A DNA stretch of 32,000 nt from Thermofilum pendens Hrk 5 (GCF_000015225.1 NC_008698.1:660001-692000); one strand, 5' to 3'. Counted from the first letter of the stretch, positions 1-8,820 are shown. The notes: generated from the sequence alone by a model not told the origin. A program made the numbers and translations.

Positions 1-42
1 CATTATCCCGTCTAAGAGAGGGAAGATCGTGGTGAGAAGGGA

Positions 43-579
43 ATGAATGCACACGAAGCCTTGGCAGAGATTGCCGGAAAGATGTTCGGGGATAATGCCA
101 AGAAGGTGATGATGGTTCTCGCCAGTAACGTTGAGGTCTCCGACGAAGACCTGGCGAAGGACCTGAAAATGGATCCGCCCGAGCTTAGGAAGTTGCTCAA
201 TGATCTCTTCGAAGCGAGGCTCGTTAAGTACCGGAGAGCGCGCGACGAGAACATAGGTTGGTACAAGTACTACTGGCGTATAACCGATGAGCCGATCCAG
301 CAAATACTCAGTGATAGGAAGAGGCTTACGCTAAGTATTCTAGAAAAAGTGCTTTCGCTGGAGGAGAACTCCGAGACATACGTATGCCCTAAGTGCGGCA
401 CACGGTACACTGTGGATGAGGCGGAGAACAACAACTACACGTGCGAGGTATGCGGCGAGGTCCTCGAACCTTTCGACAACACGCACCGAGTCGAGAAACT
501 TAAGAGGGCGATCGAACTACTAGGAAACTGGGACCCCTCTCCAAAACAACAAGCATCGCGCGCCATCCCTCATGCATGA
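43..579 (+). CDS. tfe: Transcription factor E (TFIIE-alpha homologue)
   Basis: 178-aa ORF. The N-terminal winged-helix-like region (DLAKDLKMDPPELRKLLNDLFEARLVKYRR...WYKYYW) is followed by a CPKC...CEVC zinc ribbon, which is the archaeal TFE architecture. Confidence 0.85.
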   Translation: MNAHEALAEIAGKMFGDNAKKVMMVLASNVEVSDEDLAKDLKMDPPELRKLLNDLFEARLVKYRRARDENIGWYKYYWRITDEPIQQILSDRKRLTLSILEKVLSLEENSETYVCPKCGTRYTVDEAENNNYTCEVCGEVLEPFDNTHRVEKLKRAIELLGNWDPSPKQQASRAIPHA

Positions 580-743
580 ATGCGTCCGCGCGCGTCGATG
601 CCGTGTATAAAATGGGGGCCGGGCGCCTTTCCCTGGTGGTTTACCCTTATTCCTGCCCTGTCCTCAGCTTTCTAAACGCTCTTTCTCGCGCCTTCCTTAG
701 GCGTTCCAAGAGACGTTCTACATTTCGGCGGGCGCGCGCGAGT

Positions 744-775
744 AAAGTTATCTAGCCTTGGAAAAGTTATCCTAG
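744..775. repeat. Direct repeat AAAGTTATC(C)TAG x2 upstream of the HTH gene
   Basis: AAAGTTATC occurs exactly at 744-752 and 763-771 (19-bp register), each followed by (C)TAG. The pair lies about 65-95 nt upstream of ATG 840 and upstream of a TAATTTAA box at 806-813. Confidence 0.4.
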
Positions 776-839
776 TGCGCTTTTACTTTCGCCGAACATG
801 AAAGGTAATTTAACCCGGGTAATACGAAGGTAGTACGCT

Positions 840-1481
840 ATGTCTGATGAGCTGAGGAACGTACTGTCGAACCTTACGGATACCGAAAGAAGGATAGTAG
901 AGGTATACATGCAGAGGGGAGGCTCCGCGAAGGAAATTGCTAGTCTTCTGAATGTCTCCGAGAGAACAGTCTACAAGGCTCTCTACAAGTACAGGAAACT
1001 GGCGCTCGAGCAGGGAATAGACCCCTCCAACTTTTACCTCAGGAAGACAATTGCCGGCACGGCTGCTAAACCTGTACAGCAAGGCGTGCCCAGCGAACTC
1101 TTAGAGAGCATCAAGCAAGAGCTTGTCAGCGAGTTGGCAAAGATAGTCGAAGAAAGTGTACAGAGAGCTTTGAAGAGCATGCTCGAAGACCTAGTTGTTC
1201 CAAGGCAGGATCAACGGGCACCGGTGGAACCTGTTAAACCCGCCGTGCTGGAACCCCACTACGATCAAGTGCTGTACAGGCTGTCTGATGTGCTCGAAAA
1301 GCTCAACTACAACATTGAGAGGCTGGCGGAGAAAATAGACAGGCTGGACAGTTCGGGCACCGCTAAGGCGATAGCCCACGAACCCTACTCGTGGCAGGCT
1401 AAGCCTATAACCACCGAGGTCAGCATGCCCAGTTACGTGCAAGGAAACCCGTGGCTAGAAATACTGTCGAGGAGACAATGA
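840..1481 (+). CDS. Helix-turn-helix protein (sigma-70 region-4/LuxR-like HTH) with long helical C-terminal tail
   Basis: 213-aa ORF. The N-terminus LTDTERRIVEVYMQRGGSAKEIASLLNVSERTVYKALYKYRK matches the region-4/GerE-type HTH pattern, and the rest is charged and helical. A TAATTTAA box at 806-813 is centred about 30 nt upstream of the ATG. Confidence 0.65.
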   Translation: MSDELRNVLSNLTDTERRIVEVYMQRGGSAKEIASLLNVSERTVYKALYKYRKLALEQGIDPSNFYLRKTIAGTAAKPVQQGVPSELLESIKQELVSELAKIVEESVQRALKSMLEDLVVPRQDQRAPVEPVKPAVLEPHYDQVLYRLSDVLEKLNYNIERLAEKIDRLDSSGTAKAIAHEPYSWQAKPITTEVSMPSYVQGNPWLEILSRRQ

Positions 1482-1520
1482 AGGGTCTTTTTCCTTGGCT
1501 TTGTGTTCGGCGCTCTGGCA

Positions 1521-2252
1521 CTAGACCAGACCGGCGATCCTAAGCATCGCCACGAAGAACATTAGTACGGTTAACGCCAGGAGATCCAGGTAGGAGAACC
1601 TGAGCCTAACTAAACGCGTAGGCTTCACCCCGGAACCGTACCCGCGCGCTTCTAGCGCCTCTGCTATCATCATGCTCCTCCTAACTTCAAACACTATTAG
1701 AGGTACAAGTAGGTAGACGTAGTTCTTTATCCTCACGCGCAGTTTCCCCCTCTCTAGCTCTAGCCCCCTACTCCTCAAGGCGTCCATTACCAGTTGCACG
1801 TCTGTAGCTAGCGTTGGCACAAACCTGAACGACATTGTAATGAGCAGGGAGTAGTCCCTCGGCACGCCTATTTCTTCCAGCGAGAGAGCTAGCTCCTCGG
1901 GAGGCGTGGTCATGAAGAAGACGGAGAATGCCGACATGAGCGCTAGGAAGCGTAGCGCCATGGCGAACGAAGTTAAAGCACCTTGCGGTGTGGGTGCGAA
2001 GACGAAGTTTAGCAGGAATATCATCAGCAGGATGGGCAGGGAGCCTACGGCCCCTTTAACCAGCAACCTGCACCTACGGGCTAGGGTGGCGACCGCGAAT
2101 ACGGATGCGAGGACGATAACCTGTATCAGGGCACTGGAGGAGTACACGGAGAGAGCGGCCAGCGTAACGCTAATAGCGAAGCGCGTTCTGGGGTCGAGCC
2201 TGTCTACCGGTGTATCTTTCTTCACGGGCTTAAATGCTTCGAAGACCTCCAA
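1521..2252 (-). CDS. ecfT: ECF transporter transmembrane (T) component, CbiQ/EcfT family
   Basis: 243-aa polytopic membrane protein directly downstream of two ABC ATPase genes. It carries the C-terminal ARG-type coupling-helix signature (MIAEALEARGYG; DALRSRG) typical of EcfT/CbiQ. Confidence 0.8.
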   Translation of the reverse strand: MEVFEAFKPVKKDTPVDRLDPRTRFAISVTLAALSVYSSSALIQVIVLASVFAVATLARRCRLLVKGAVGSLPILLMIFLLNFVFAPTPQGALTSFAMALRFLALMSAFSVFFMTTPPEELALSLEEIGVPRDYSLLITMSFRFVPTLATDVQLVMDALRSRGLELERGKLRVRIKNYVYLLVPLIVFEVRRSMMIAEALEARGYGSGVKPTRLVRLRFSYLDLLALTVLMFFVAMLRIAGLV

Positions 2253-2258
2253 GGTGTC

Positions 2259-3134
2259 TCACCGCGTATTGCCCATGATTCTGCGTAAGTCGTTGAAGAG
2301 TTCCTCCGGGGACAGGTAGTCGTACCTTTCCAGGAGAGACTTTCCGTAGAGTGCACGCGCCACCCTAACTATTTGGGGGGGAACTAGGTTTGCCTTTCTG
2401 AGGACAGCGTAGTTCGCTAGTATCTTTCTGGGTTGCCCCTCGGCGATCACTTTTCCACCGGACATCACGACTATTCTGTCTACGTACGACGTCACGAATT
2501 CCACGTCGTGGGTCACGATTACAACAGTCTTACCCATGAGTCTCAGCAGGTTCATGGTTTGCGAGATCTTCTCCTTCTGTAGGTAGTCCTGGCCGGCCGT
2601 CGGCTCGTCTAGAACGAGCACCTCGGGGTCGTACGCCAGCACGGAGGCTAGCGCGAGCCGTCTTTTCTCACCCACGCTTAGGGAATAGGGAGACCTGTCC
2701 TTGTAGCGTTGCAGGTCGAGTATGTTGAGCGCCCACGCCACTCTTCTCTCGATGACGTCCTCGCTGTAGCCGAAGTTCCTTAAAGCGAAGGCGACTTCAT
2801 CGTACACTGTTTCCTCGAAGAGCTGGTGGTCAGGGTTTTGGAATACTATGCCCACTATTCTCGAGAGCTCTGCTACACTCTTCGTCCTGGTGTCAATCCC
2901 TTTGACCTTGACCGTGCCTTTGCTGGGCTTAAGGATGCCGTTAAAGTGCTTGATTAGGGTAGTTTTGCCCGCGCCGTTTTCCCCCATTATCGCGATGAAC
3001 TCCCCCCTTCTAACTTCGAGGGTCACTCCTCTCAGTGCTTCGTAACCCCCGGGGTAGGCGTAGTAGACGTCCTTGACCTCTATAATTGCTTCCTCCACGC
3101 CTTTCACCTCTCTGCACCCCCCTCCAGCAGCCAC
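2259..3134 (-). CDS. ecfA2: ECF transporter ATPase component (EcfA'/CbiO-type ABC ATPase)
   Basis: Walker A GENGAGKTT, ABC signature LSVGEKRR, Walker B VLVLDEPT, H-loop VTHD. An alternative start GTG at 3107 forms a GTGA overlap with the upstream stop (tcac at 3104-3107 on the + strand). Confidence 0.85.
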   Translation of the reverse strand: MAAGGGCREVKGVEEAIIEVKDVYYAYPGGYEALRGVTLEVRRGEFIAIMGENGAGKTTLIKHFNGILKPSKGTVKVKGIDTRTKSVAELSRIVGIVFQNPDHQLFEETVYDEVAFALRNFGYSEDVIERRVAWALNILDLQRYKDRSPYSLSVGEKRRLALASVLAYDPEVLVLDEPTAGQDYLQKEKISQTMNLLRLMGKTVVIVTHDVEFVTSYVDRIVVMSGGKVIAEGQPRKILANYAVLRKANLVPPQIVRVARALYGKSLLERYDYLSPEELFNDLRRIMGNTR

Positions 3135-3958
3135 CTAGCTACCTCTGTTGCTACGGTCTCGGGGACTAACCTGTTTACGTTGGGCGTGAAACCTGCGTCC
3201 TTCAGCTCCTCTAGTAGGCGCACAACGAACGGTGTACCAACGATGTGGCGAGCCTTGCTTACGGTATCGAGGGGGTCTCCGTCTGCGACTATTCTCCCGT
3301 CGAGCATGACGACAACACGTGTTGCGAACTGGAGAGCTATCTCCAGGCGGTGCTCTATGAGTATTGTGAGCATATTGTATTCCCTCGTTTTTTTCGCAAC
3401 AATCCCGAGGGTTCTCATAGCTGAGAGAGGATCCAGGTTCGCGGTGGGCTCGTCGAGGATAAGTATTCTCGGCTTCATCACCATGACGGAGGCCAAGGCG
3501 ACCTTTTGTTGCTGTCCACCGCTGAGCTCAAAGGGGGATCTGTGCCTAAGTTCCTCCAGGCCGTACTCCTTAAGCGTCTCATCGACTCTCCTGCGGATCT
3601 CCTCTGGGGGTATTCCGAGGTTCTCGAGTCCGAAGGCAAGCTCCCGCTCAACGCTGTTGAAGAACAGCTGGTTCTCAGGGTTCTGGAACATAAAGCCGAC
3701 GAGCCCGGCGAACTTCGGTGTAGGTGTTTTGCGTGGGTCAAGTCCGGCGATGCTGATGCGCCCGGTTAGTTCTCCGCCGTAAAAGTTCGGTATAAGCCCG
3801 TTGAAGATTCTAGCAAATGTGCTTTTACCGCACCCGCTGGGACCTACGAGGAGCACTAGTTCTCCGAAGTCTGCCTCGAAGTTTATGTCCCTGAGGGCAG
3901 GAGTGTCGGAGTCCGGGTACTTGTAGGAAACACCCTCCATGTAGACAGCGCTCTTCAT
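3104..3958 (-). CDS. ecfA1: ECF transporter ATPase component (EcfA/CbiO-type ABC ATPase)
   Basis: Walker A GPSGCGKST, signature LSGGQQQK, Walker B ILILDEPT, H-loop IEHR. It is first in the A-A'-T gene order. Confidence 0.85.
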   Translation of the reverse strand: MKSAVYMEGVSYKYPDSDTPALRDINFEADFGELVLLVGPSGCGKSTFARIFNGLIPNFYGGELTGRISIAGLDPRKTPTPKFAGLVGFMFQNPENQLFFNSVERELAFGLENLGIPPEEIRRRVDETLKEYGLEELRHRSPFELSGGQQQKVALASVMVMKPRILILDEPTANLDPLSAMRTLGIVAKKTREYNMLTILIEHRLEIALQFATRVVVMLDGRIVADGDPLDTVSKARHIVGTPFVVRLLEELKDAGFTPNVNRLVPETVATEVARWLLEGGAER

Positions 3959-3980
3959 ACAGCGCTCCTCGCTTGCGTTG

Positions 3981-5183
3981 TCAATGGGCGACTACTATCT
4001 TGATTACCATCCGGTGCCGGAGCTTCTCGCTGGCCGATACGCGTTGCCCAGTTCTCGCGTCTATGGCGAAGGAGAAGCGTCGCCCTATGTCTGTGTGGAT
4101 TTGGTATGCGAGGTCGCGCGCAGTGGCTTCTTTGCTCACGAGTAGGGCATCGGGTAGGACGTTTCCGTGGGAGTCCGAGAACTTCTTCTCGTTTTCAACG
4201 GGAAAAACCACGATCATACCCAGCTTTTCGAAAACCGCCGTATCTATGGCTTTCTGAACCCCCGTAGACCCCCACCTTTTCAACACTTTCTCCCTAATGT
4301 ACTCTAACGCTTTCTCTTGTTCCCTGGTAGGCTTTCCTACGATCTCGAAATCGGGGTCACCTGGGATGTACCTAATAAGCCCCGCCTTTTCGGCCTTCCT
4401 CAGCGCGAGCTCCGCCTCTGCCGATGTTGGTACAACGGTGTACCTGTCTCCCAGCTCCTTAGCCATGCGCTTTATGTTGTCCTCTGATACGTCGAGATCA
4501 GCCTTGTTGGCGGCTATGACCATCGGCTTGGCTTTTCGCATAACGTACTCCACGAGGTGCATGAGGTCTTCCCTCGTCCAGCTCGTCGCTTTCTTAGTCT
4601 TGAGCGACAGCTCCTCCAATGCTTTGTCCACCACGCCCACGTCGACGCCGAGCCCCGTGAACTTAGCGTAGAGCTCGTCGTACTTCTTTTGAAGGTCTAT
4701 CAGCTTGGAGATCTTCTCCCAGTCCCTAGAGACTACCTGTAGCATCCACATCGCGAACTCCTTTTCCAGGAAAAAGACGTCCTGGAGAGGGTCGTGTGTA
4801 CCGGGCGGGACGGGGCGTCCCTCCTCGTCCGTCCCCCCGCTTGCGTCAACCACGTGTATTAGAACGGGGGCGCGCCTCAGGTGGTCGAGGAACATGTTGC
4901 CGAGCCCCCTCCCCTCCCAGGCGCCGGGCACAAGCCCTGCGACGTCTATTAGCTCGACCGGTATGAAGCGCCACCCATCAATGCAGATAGAGTTCCTGGG
5001 GTTATCCTTCACGCCGAGCTCCTTGCATACACACTGGACCCTCACGTAACCCACGCCTACGTTGGGCTCGATGGTCGTGAAGGGGTAGGGTGCGCGTTTA
5101 ACGTCTATTAGTGTCGATGCGGCGAAGAACGTAGACTTCCCGGTGTTAGGCTTCCCCACTATGCCTACCTGAACGGTCATCAC
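3981..5183 (-). CDS. Obg-family GTPase (YchF/Ygr210-like) with C-terminal TGS domain
   Basis: G1 GKPNTGKST, G3 DVAGLV, G4 NKAD. The C-terminal about 70 aa (LLVSKEATARDLAYQIHTDIGRRF...KIVV) resembles a TGS domain. Confidence 0.8.
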   Translation of the reverse strand: MMTVQVGIVGKPNTGKSTFFAASTLIDVKRAPYPFTTIEPNVGVGYVRVQCVCKELGVKDNPRNSICIDGWRFIPVELIDVAGLVPGAWEGRGLGNMFLDHLRRAPVLIHVVDASGGTDEEGRPVPPGTHDPLQDVFFLEKEFAMWMLQVVSRDWEKISKLIDLQKKYDELYAKFTGLGVDVGVVDKALEELSLKTKKATSWTREDLMHLVEYVMRKAKPMVIAANKADLDVSEDNIKRMAKELGDRYTVVPTSAEAELALRKAEKAGLIRYIPGDPDFEIVGKPTREQEKALEYIREKVLKRWGSTGVQKAIDTAVFEKLGMIVVFPVENEKKFSDSHGNVLPDALLVSKEATARDLAYQIHTDIGRRFSFAIDARTGQRVSASEKLRHRMVIKIVVAH

Positions 5184-5243
5184 CTAACCCTGTAAAAGGC
5201 AGAATGAAATACCTTTTTACTGTTCCCTTTCACGATAGTTAGG

Positions 5244-6221
5244 ATGACCTGCGTACGAGTGTCGGGCTCTGGGTACTTCGCTCTCTCCATGCTTTACTGG
5301 CTTAGGAAGGTCTCGCCGCGATTAAGAGTTTACCTGGAGGGCTCCAGCCTCTCGGGTGTCTCCACCCCAAGGTCTCTGAGAATGCTTGCGCTCGGCGTAG
5401 AGGGACGTGAAGCGAGTATAGAGTCGTTGCTTCGGCTCTTCTACCCGGATCTCGCCTGGAAAAGTTCTCCGCTGGAACCATGCTACGAGGTAATCGTGGA
5501 AGAGCCGTCGGTTAACGGAGTGAAGCTTTCGAGCATCTACGCCGAAAATCACCGCTTAACACCGGGCACCGTTGCTCCTCCTTGCGCACAGGCGGCCCAG
5601 CTCGCTATATACGCGAGGAGGCTTGGGGCACCGTTAAGGCTACGCGGAAGAGTCGCAGAGGTCTTCGAGGAAGACGCTTTAAGCTTACTGAACAAGTTGC
5701 TGGGCAACTACGGGCTTTTAACCGAGGAACCTGGATCGGTTGATCGAAGCGCGTGCCTGCCCGGTTCTCTCGTCTTCAGGACACCGACCGGTGAAGAGGA
5801 GAGGTTCAGCGTTTACCCCTTCTTCGACGAGAACATCGAGCAGTATGCAGCCTACCTAGCTTTCAGAATAGCCGGGTACGAAGACCTGGTGGGACGGCCG
5901 GAGCCCCTGGTGCTGTTAGAGGATCCGGGGAACAACGTTCTACTTTACGTGTACGAGTCCCCAGGGGATACTTCTGTCAAGACGCAGGTGGAGGGTGGAT
6001 GGTGCAGGGTATCCGCCTCCAGCGATTCGAGGCGAGTAGCGGGGATTCAATGCTGTGCAGCTCCGCGCGTAGACTTATTTGAGAAGGTTTTCTCGCTACT
6101 CTTGGACGGACGAGACATCTGTAGCTTTATGCCGTTCCTGGCGGCTACGCGTTCACCGCTATTACGGGAAAGCAGGTACCTTAGGTCCCTGCTAGCTCTC
6201 TTCTTCAAGGTGTGCCTGTAG
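5244..6221 (+). CDS. Hypothetical protein (no recognisable domain)
   Basis: 325-aa ORF is the only long frame in this 1-kb interval, and the opposite strand has only a 76-aa ORF. I recognised no motif. Confidence 0.5.
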   Translation: MTCVRVSGSGYFALSMLYWLRKVSPRLRVYLEGSSLSGVSTPRSLRMLALGVEGREASIESLLRLFYPDLAWKSSPLEPCYEVIVEEPSVNGVKLSSIYAENHRLTPGTVAPPCAQAAQLAIYARRLGAPLRLRGRVAEVFEEDALSLLNKLLGNYGLLTEEPGSVDRSACLPGSLVFRTPTGEEERFSVYPFFDENIEQYAAYLAFRIAGYEDLVGRPEPLVLLEDPGNNVLLYVYESPGDTSVKTQVEGGWCRVSASSDSRRVAGIQCCAAPRVDLFEKVFSLLLDGRDICSFMPFLAATRSPLLRESRYLRSLLALFFKVCL

Positions 6222-6247
6222 CGCGCCGAGGGGTAAGGCTGCGGAGG

Positions 6248-7279
6248 CTAGCTACTAAGCTTCTCGATCTCGTCCCACCCGATCGGTACAGGTACACCCT
6301 TAGATGCCGACTCGAGGGCTTTGACCACGCATTTAAGTGCCACGTAGCCTGCTAGCCCGTCTACGCGCGGCTTTCCTCCCAGCTTTACGGCCTCTAGGAA
6401 GTCTATAAGCTCTGCCTTCAGGGGCTCTTCCTGGAGGTACGAGACTTCCACGTAGCTTTCTTCCGCGAAGACAGGCACTCTGAGAGAGTCTCGGGGGAGC
6501 TCCTGGACCCCTCTGTCCACCACTATCCTGCGTAGAATGTAGTCTACCCTTATCACAGAGTCGGGTAGCCTTATAGTGAGGCTCCTGTGCTTGTAGCTGG
6601 GAACAGTCCTCCAGCTCGCGCTCAGCGTTGCAATCCTCCTTTGAGAGTATTCGTAGAGTGCCGTGACTTCTACCTCGAAGGGGAAGTCTCCTCCGTCGAT
6701 CTTGTAGGCGAAAACTCTTCCCGGGGGCTCGCCGAGAAACATGTTCACAACGTCCACGTCGTGTACGAGCAGGTCATGGGCTACCCCGAGGTTAAGCGTA
6801 TATTCCCTCGCGGGCCCCGGGCCCAGCCTCTTCGACTCCATGCTTAGGATTTCTTTTCCGCGGACAGCCGCGTACGCCGCGCCAACCACAGGGTTAAACC
6901 TCTCTATGTGTCCTACGGCGAGCCTCCTTCCAAGCTTCCTCGATAGCTCCACGAGCCTGTACCCTTCGTCGAGGGTGGCCGCTAGCGGTTTTTCGACGAG
7001 CACATCGGCGTAGTTGAGTAGCTTCGAGGCCACTTCGAAGTGGTACACCGTAGGCACAGCGACGACTGCGGCGTCGAGGTCTTTCTCGTCTTTCACTAGC
7101 TCCTCGACCGAGGAGTAGTACGCGTCCACGGCGAACTGCTTTGCAACGCTACTCGCGCGAGCCTCGTCCGCATCTACTACCACGATTCTCCCAACAAGCG
7201 ACCCTCTAAGCGATGAAAGCACCCTGACGTGGTTTCTACCCCATCTCCCAACGCCCACTACGGCAACGTTCACACCCAT
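6248..7279 (-). CDS. Gfo/Idh/MocA-family NAD(P)-dependent oxidoreductase
   Basis: N-terminal Rossmann motif VAVVGVGRWGRNH, an EKPLA motif (LVEKPLAATL), and a C-terminal alpha/beta domain of typical family size (343 aa). Confidence 0.8.
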   Translation of the reverse strand: MGVNVAVVGVGRWGRNHVRVLSSLRGSLVGRIVVVDADEARASSVAKQFAVDAYYSSVEELVKDEKDLDAAVVAVPTVYHFEVASKLLNYADVLVEKPLAATLDEGYRLVELSRKLGRRLAVGHIERFNPVVGAAYAAVRGKEILSMESKRLGPGPAREYTLNLGVAHDLLVHDVDVVNMFLGEPPGRVFAYKIDGGDFPFEVEVTALYEYSQRRIATLSASWRTVPSYKHRSLTIRLPDSVIRVDYILRRIVVDRGVQELPRDSLRVPVFAEESYVEVSYLQEEPLKAELIDFLEAVKLGGKPRVDGLAGYVALKCVVKALESASKGVPVPIGWDEIEKLSS

Positions 7280-7410
7280 CGAGGTCGGATGGGCACGTTA
7301 CAAAGAAAAATGTGTTTCGCAACAGAAAAGGTGTGTGAGCATCGCACACGGAGGGTACAGCTACTTCTAGACCACGCCGCTCTTACATGGAATCATGCGC
7401 AACAGAAGAT

Positions 7411-7524
7411 GCCCCACCACGGCGCTTTCCCGGGGCCGCAGACCCCAGTACTCGCGACCGCGTCGGTGGCTTAGCTTCCGGGATCTGACGAGACCGGGCG
7501 TTGCCCACCGACTATGGGCGGGGC
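7411..7524 (-). rRNA. rrf: 5S ribosomal RNA (stand-alone; ends +/- about 5 nt)
   Basis: The minus-strand reading is GCCCCGCCCAUAGUCGGUGGGCAACGCCCGGUCUCGUCAGAUCCCGGAAGCUAAGCCACCGAC...GGUGGGGC. It contains the conserved CCCGGAAGNUAAGCC loop-C/helix-III motif. Helix I pairs GCCCCGCC with GGUGGGGC (8 bp, one G-U), and helix II pairs GUCGGUGG with CCACCGAC (8/8). The listed ORFs 7229..7474 and 7367..7549 are therefore spurious. Confidence 0.85.
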
Positions 7525-7547
7525 GTGAAAAGGCTTGCATGTCTAGC

Positions 7548-7561
7548 ATATAAGCATTTTT
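7548..7561 (-). promoter_or_regulatory. TATA box (TTATAT) plus A-rich BRE-like element for the 5S rRNA
   Basis: The minus strand reads AAAAATGCTTATATG. TTATAT (7553->7548) lies 24-29 nt upstream of the predicted 5S 5' end at 7524, which is canonical archaeal spacing. Confidence 0.65.
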
Positions 7562-7574
7562 ATGAAGTTTTAGG

Positions 7575-7580
7575 AAAAAA
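7575..7580 (-). terminator. T6 tract, candidate archaeal terminator downstream of the reductase gene
   Basis: The minus strand reads GGCATTTTTTCC about 32-37 nt after the TAA stop at 7612-7614. Oligo-T tracts are the usual archaeal termination signal. Confidence 0.35.
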
Positions 7581-7611
7581 TGCCGGGTTAAATTTCAATA
7601 CTTCGCGTGCT

Positions 7612-8775
7612 TTACGATAGAAGCGCTTTAGCTAGTTTAATGCTGAAGATGGGGTGTTTTAGAAGTTTCAACGCAACTGATGCTACGTTCTCTCCGTTTG
7701 CAAGGTTCACTACGTCTTGCGGGGAGAGGATTTCTGCCAGCTGGTTTAGCTCTTCGTCGGACATTTTCTCGATTGCGTGAAGCCCTTTGAGGCTGTCGCG
7801 TATTCTCTTGCCCCAGTACTCGTTGTAAAGCTTCTTGTACTCTTCGAGCCTCTTCTTCGAGAGGTCTCCCTCTGCGAGAGCCTTTGATGCTACCTCGGCT
7901 GCTATCTTCCCTCCGGCTATCGAGGTGTGTATGCCTCCCCCGGTAAGCGGGATGACCTGCCCGGCTGCCTCGCCTACGAGCATCGCGTGCTCGGATACTA
8001 TTTCGCTGAGCATGCCGCCTATGGTCACTGCCGCGCCTCTGAACTCGAGTATCCTCGCCTTCCCGAAGATGCTTGGATTGTTCTTTATGAACTTGTCTAG
8101 GTAAGCCTTCGGCGAAGCCCCCTGAACGCCTATCCCGACGTTCGCGAGCCTACCGTCTTTCGGGAAAATCCAGACGTAGCCTTTCGGCGCGACCTCGTTT
8201 CCTAGGAAGAAGTACGTCATGTCCGGGTCTTCGAGCTCCACGTTGGGCATAACGTACTGAACCGTCGGTATCACTCTCCTCTCTCCGGGCTTCTCGAGCC
8301 CGAGGGCTTTCGCCGTGTAGGAGAGGTATCCGTCAGCACCCACAAGTAGCCTTGCCTCCAACTCTACTGTGCGGGCTCTCACGGTCCAGTGCCCGTTTTT
8401 GAACACCACCTCTTTGACGGGCTCTTTCATGTATATGTCTGCGCCGTAGCTAGCGGCATACTCGCCCATCACCCTTAGGAAGTTTCTCTTATCGATCACG
8501 TAGCCTAGCTCTCCCTCCTCCTTTATGACGACCTTCCTCCCGTTCGGCGCTACAACGACAGCGCCTTTGATAGCGTGGGAGACGAACCTCTGCGTATCGG
8601 ATCTGTTTATCTCGGCGGTTTGAAGCACTCTCGCGCTTATCCCTTCTCCGCAGGGCTTCACGGCTAGCGTTTCGTTCTTCTCTAGAACGGCTACGCGGAA
8701 GCCTTTCGAGGCAAGTACTCTCGCAAACATCAGCCCGGCCGGTCCGGCGCCGACGACAGCCGCGTCGTACTGCAT
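7612..8775 (-). CDS. FAD-dependent geranylgeranyl reductase family protein (digeranylgeranylglycerophospholipid reductase-like)
   Basis: N-terminal dinucleotide fold DAAVVGAGPAGL...AVLEK, and a VGEAAGQVIPLTGGGIHTSIAGG motif corresponding to the GDAAG...GGGI signature of the GGR family. Length is 387 aa. Confidence 0.8.
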   Translation of the reverse strand: MQYDAAVVGAGPAGLMFARVLASKGFRVAVLEKNETLAVKPCGEGISARVLQTAEINRSDTQRFVSHAIKGAVVVAPNGRKVVIKEEGELGYVIDKRNFLRVMGEYAASYGADIYMKEPVKEVVFKNGHWTVRARTVELEARLLVGADGYLSYTAKALGLEKPGERRVIPTVQYVMPNVELEDPDMTYFFLGNEVAPKGYVWIFPKDGRLANVGIGVQGASPKAYLDKFIKNNPSIFGKARILEFRGAAVTIGGMLSEIVSEHAMLVGEAAGQVIPLTGGGIHTSIAGGKIAAEVASKALAEGDLSKKRLEEYKKLYNEYWGKRIRDSLKGLHAIEKMSDEELNQLAEILSPQDVVNLANGENVASVALKLLKHPIFSIKLAKALLS

Positions 8776-8820
8776 ACTCGGATCGGTATACTTTTTAAAC
8801 CGGGGGATATAAATTTTCCT

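Noticed and set aside
612-755. 47-codon ORF (MGAGRLSLVVYPYSCPVLSF...) in the tfe/HTH intergenic region.
   Set aside because: The ATG (612-614) overlaps the last base of the TATAAAA box, so that promoter cannot drive it. The peptide is Arg/Ser-rich with no features, and it is below any reasonable confidence.
3180-3782. Long ORFs antisense to confidently assigned genes. Examples are 3180..3782, 4297..4671, 11969..12571, 12916..13419, 19515..19865, 20038..20562, 26354..26884, 28546..29172 and 29124..29837.
   Set aside because: They lie fully inside, and antisense to, genes with clear family motifs. They are Ser/Pro/Arg/Leu-rich low-complexity translations with no motifs, which is typical shadow-ORF behaviour in GC-rich DNA.
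1521-3958. Absence of a substrate-specific S component next to the ECF A-A'-T module as an anomaly.
   Set aside because: Group II ECF transporters normally encode the shared energizing module separately from dispersed S components, so this is expected.
7331-7352. Imperfect palindrome GTGTG-n..-CACAC downstream of the 5S gene as a terminator.
   Set aside because: Only about 5 bp pair, and it lies roughly 60-75 nt beyond the predicted 5S 3' end (7411). The evidence is insufficient.
7229-7549. Protein ORFs 7229..7474 (+) and 7367..7549 (-).
   Set aside because: This interval is occupied by a well-supported 5S rRNA and the promoters of the neighbouring genes. The ORF translations have no protein-like features.
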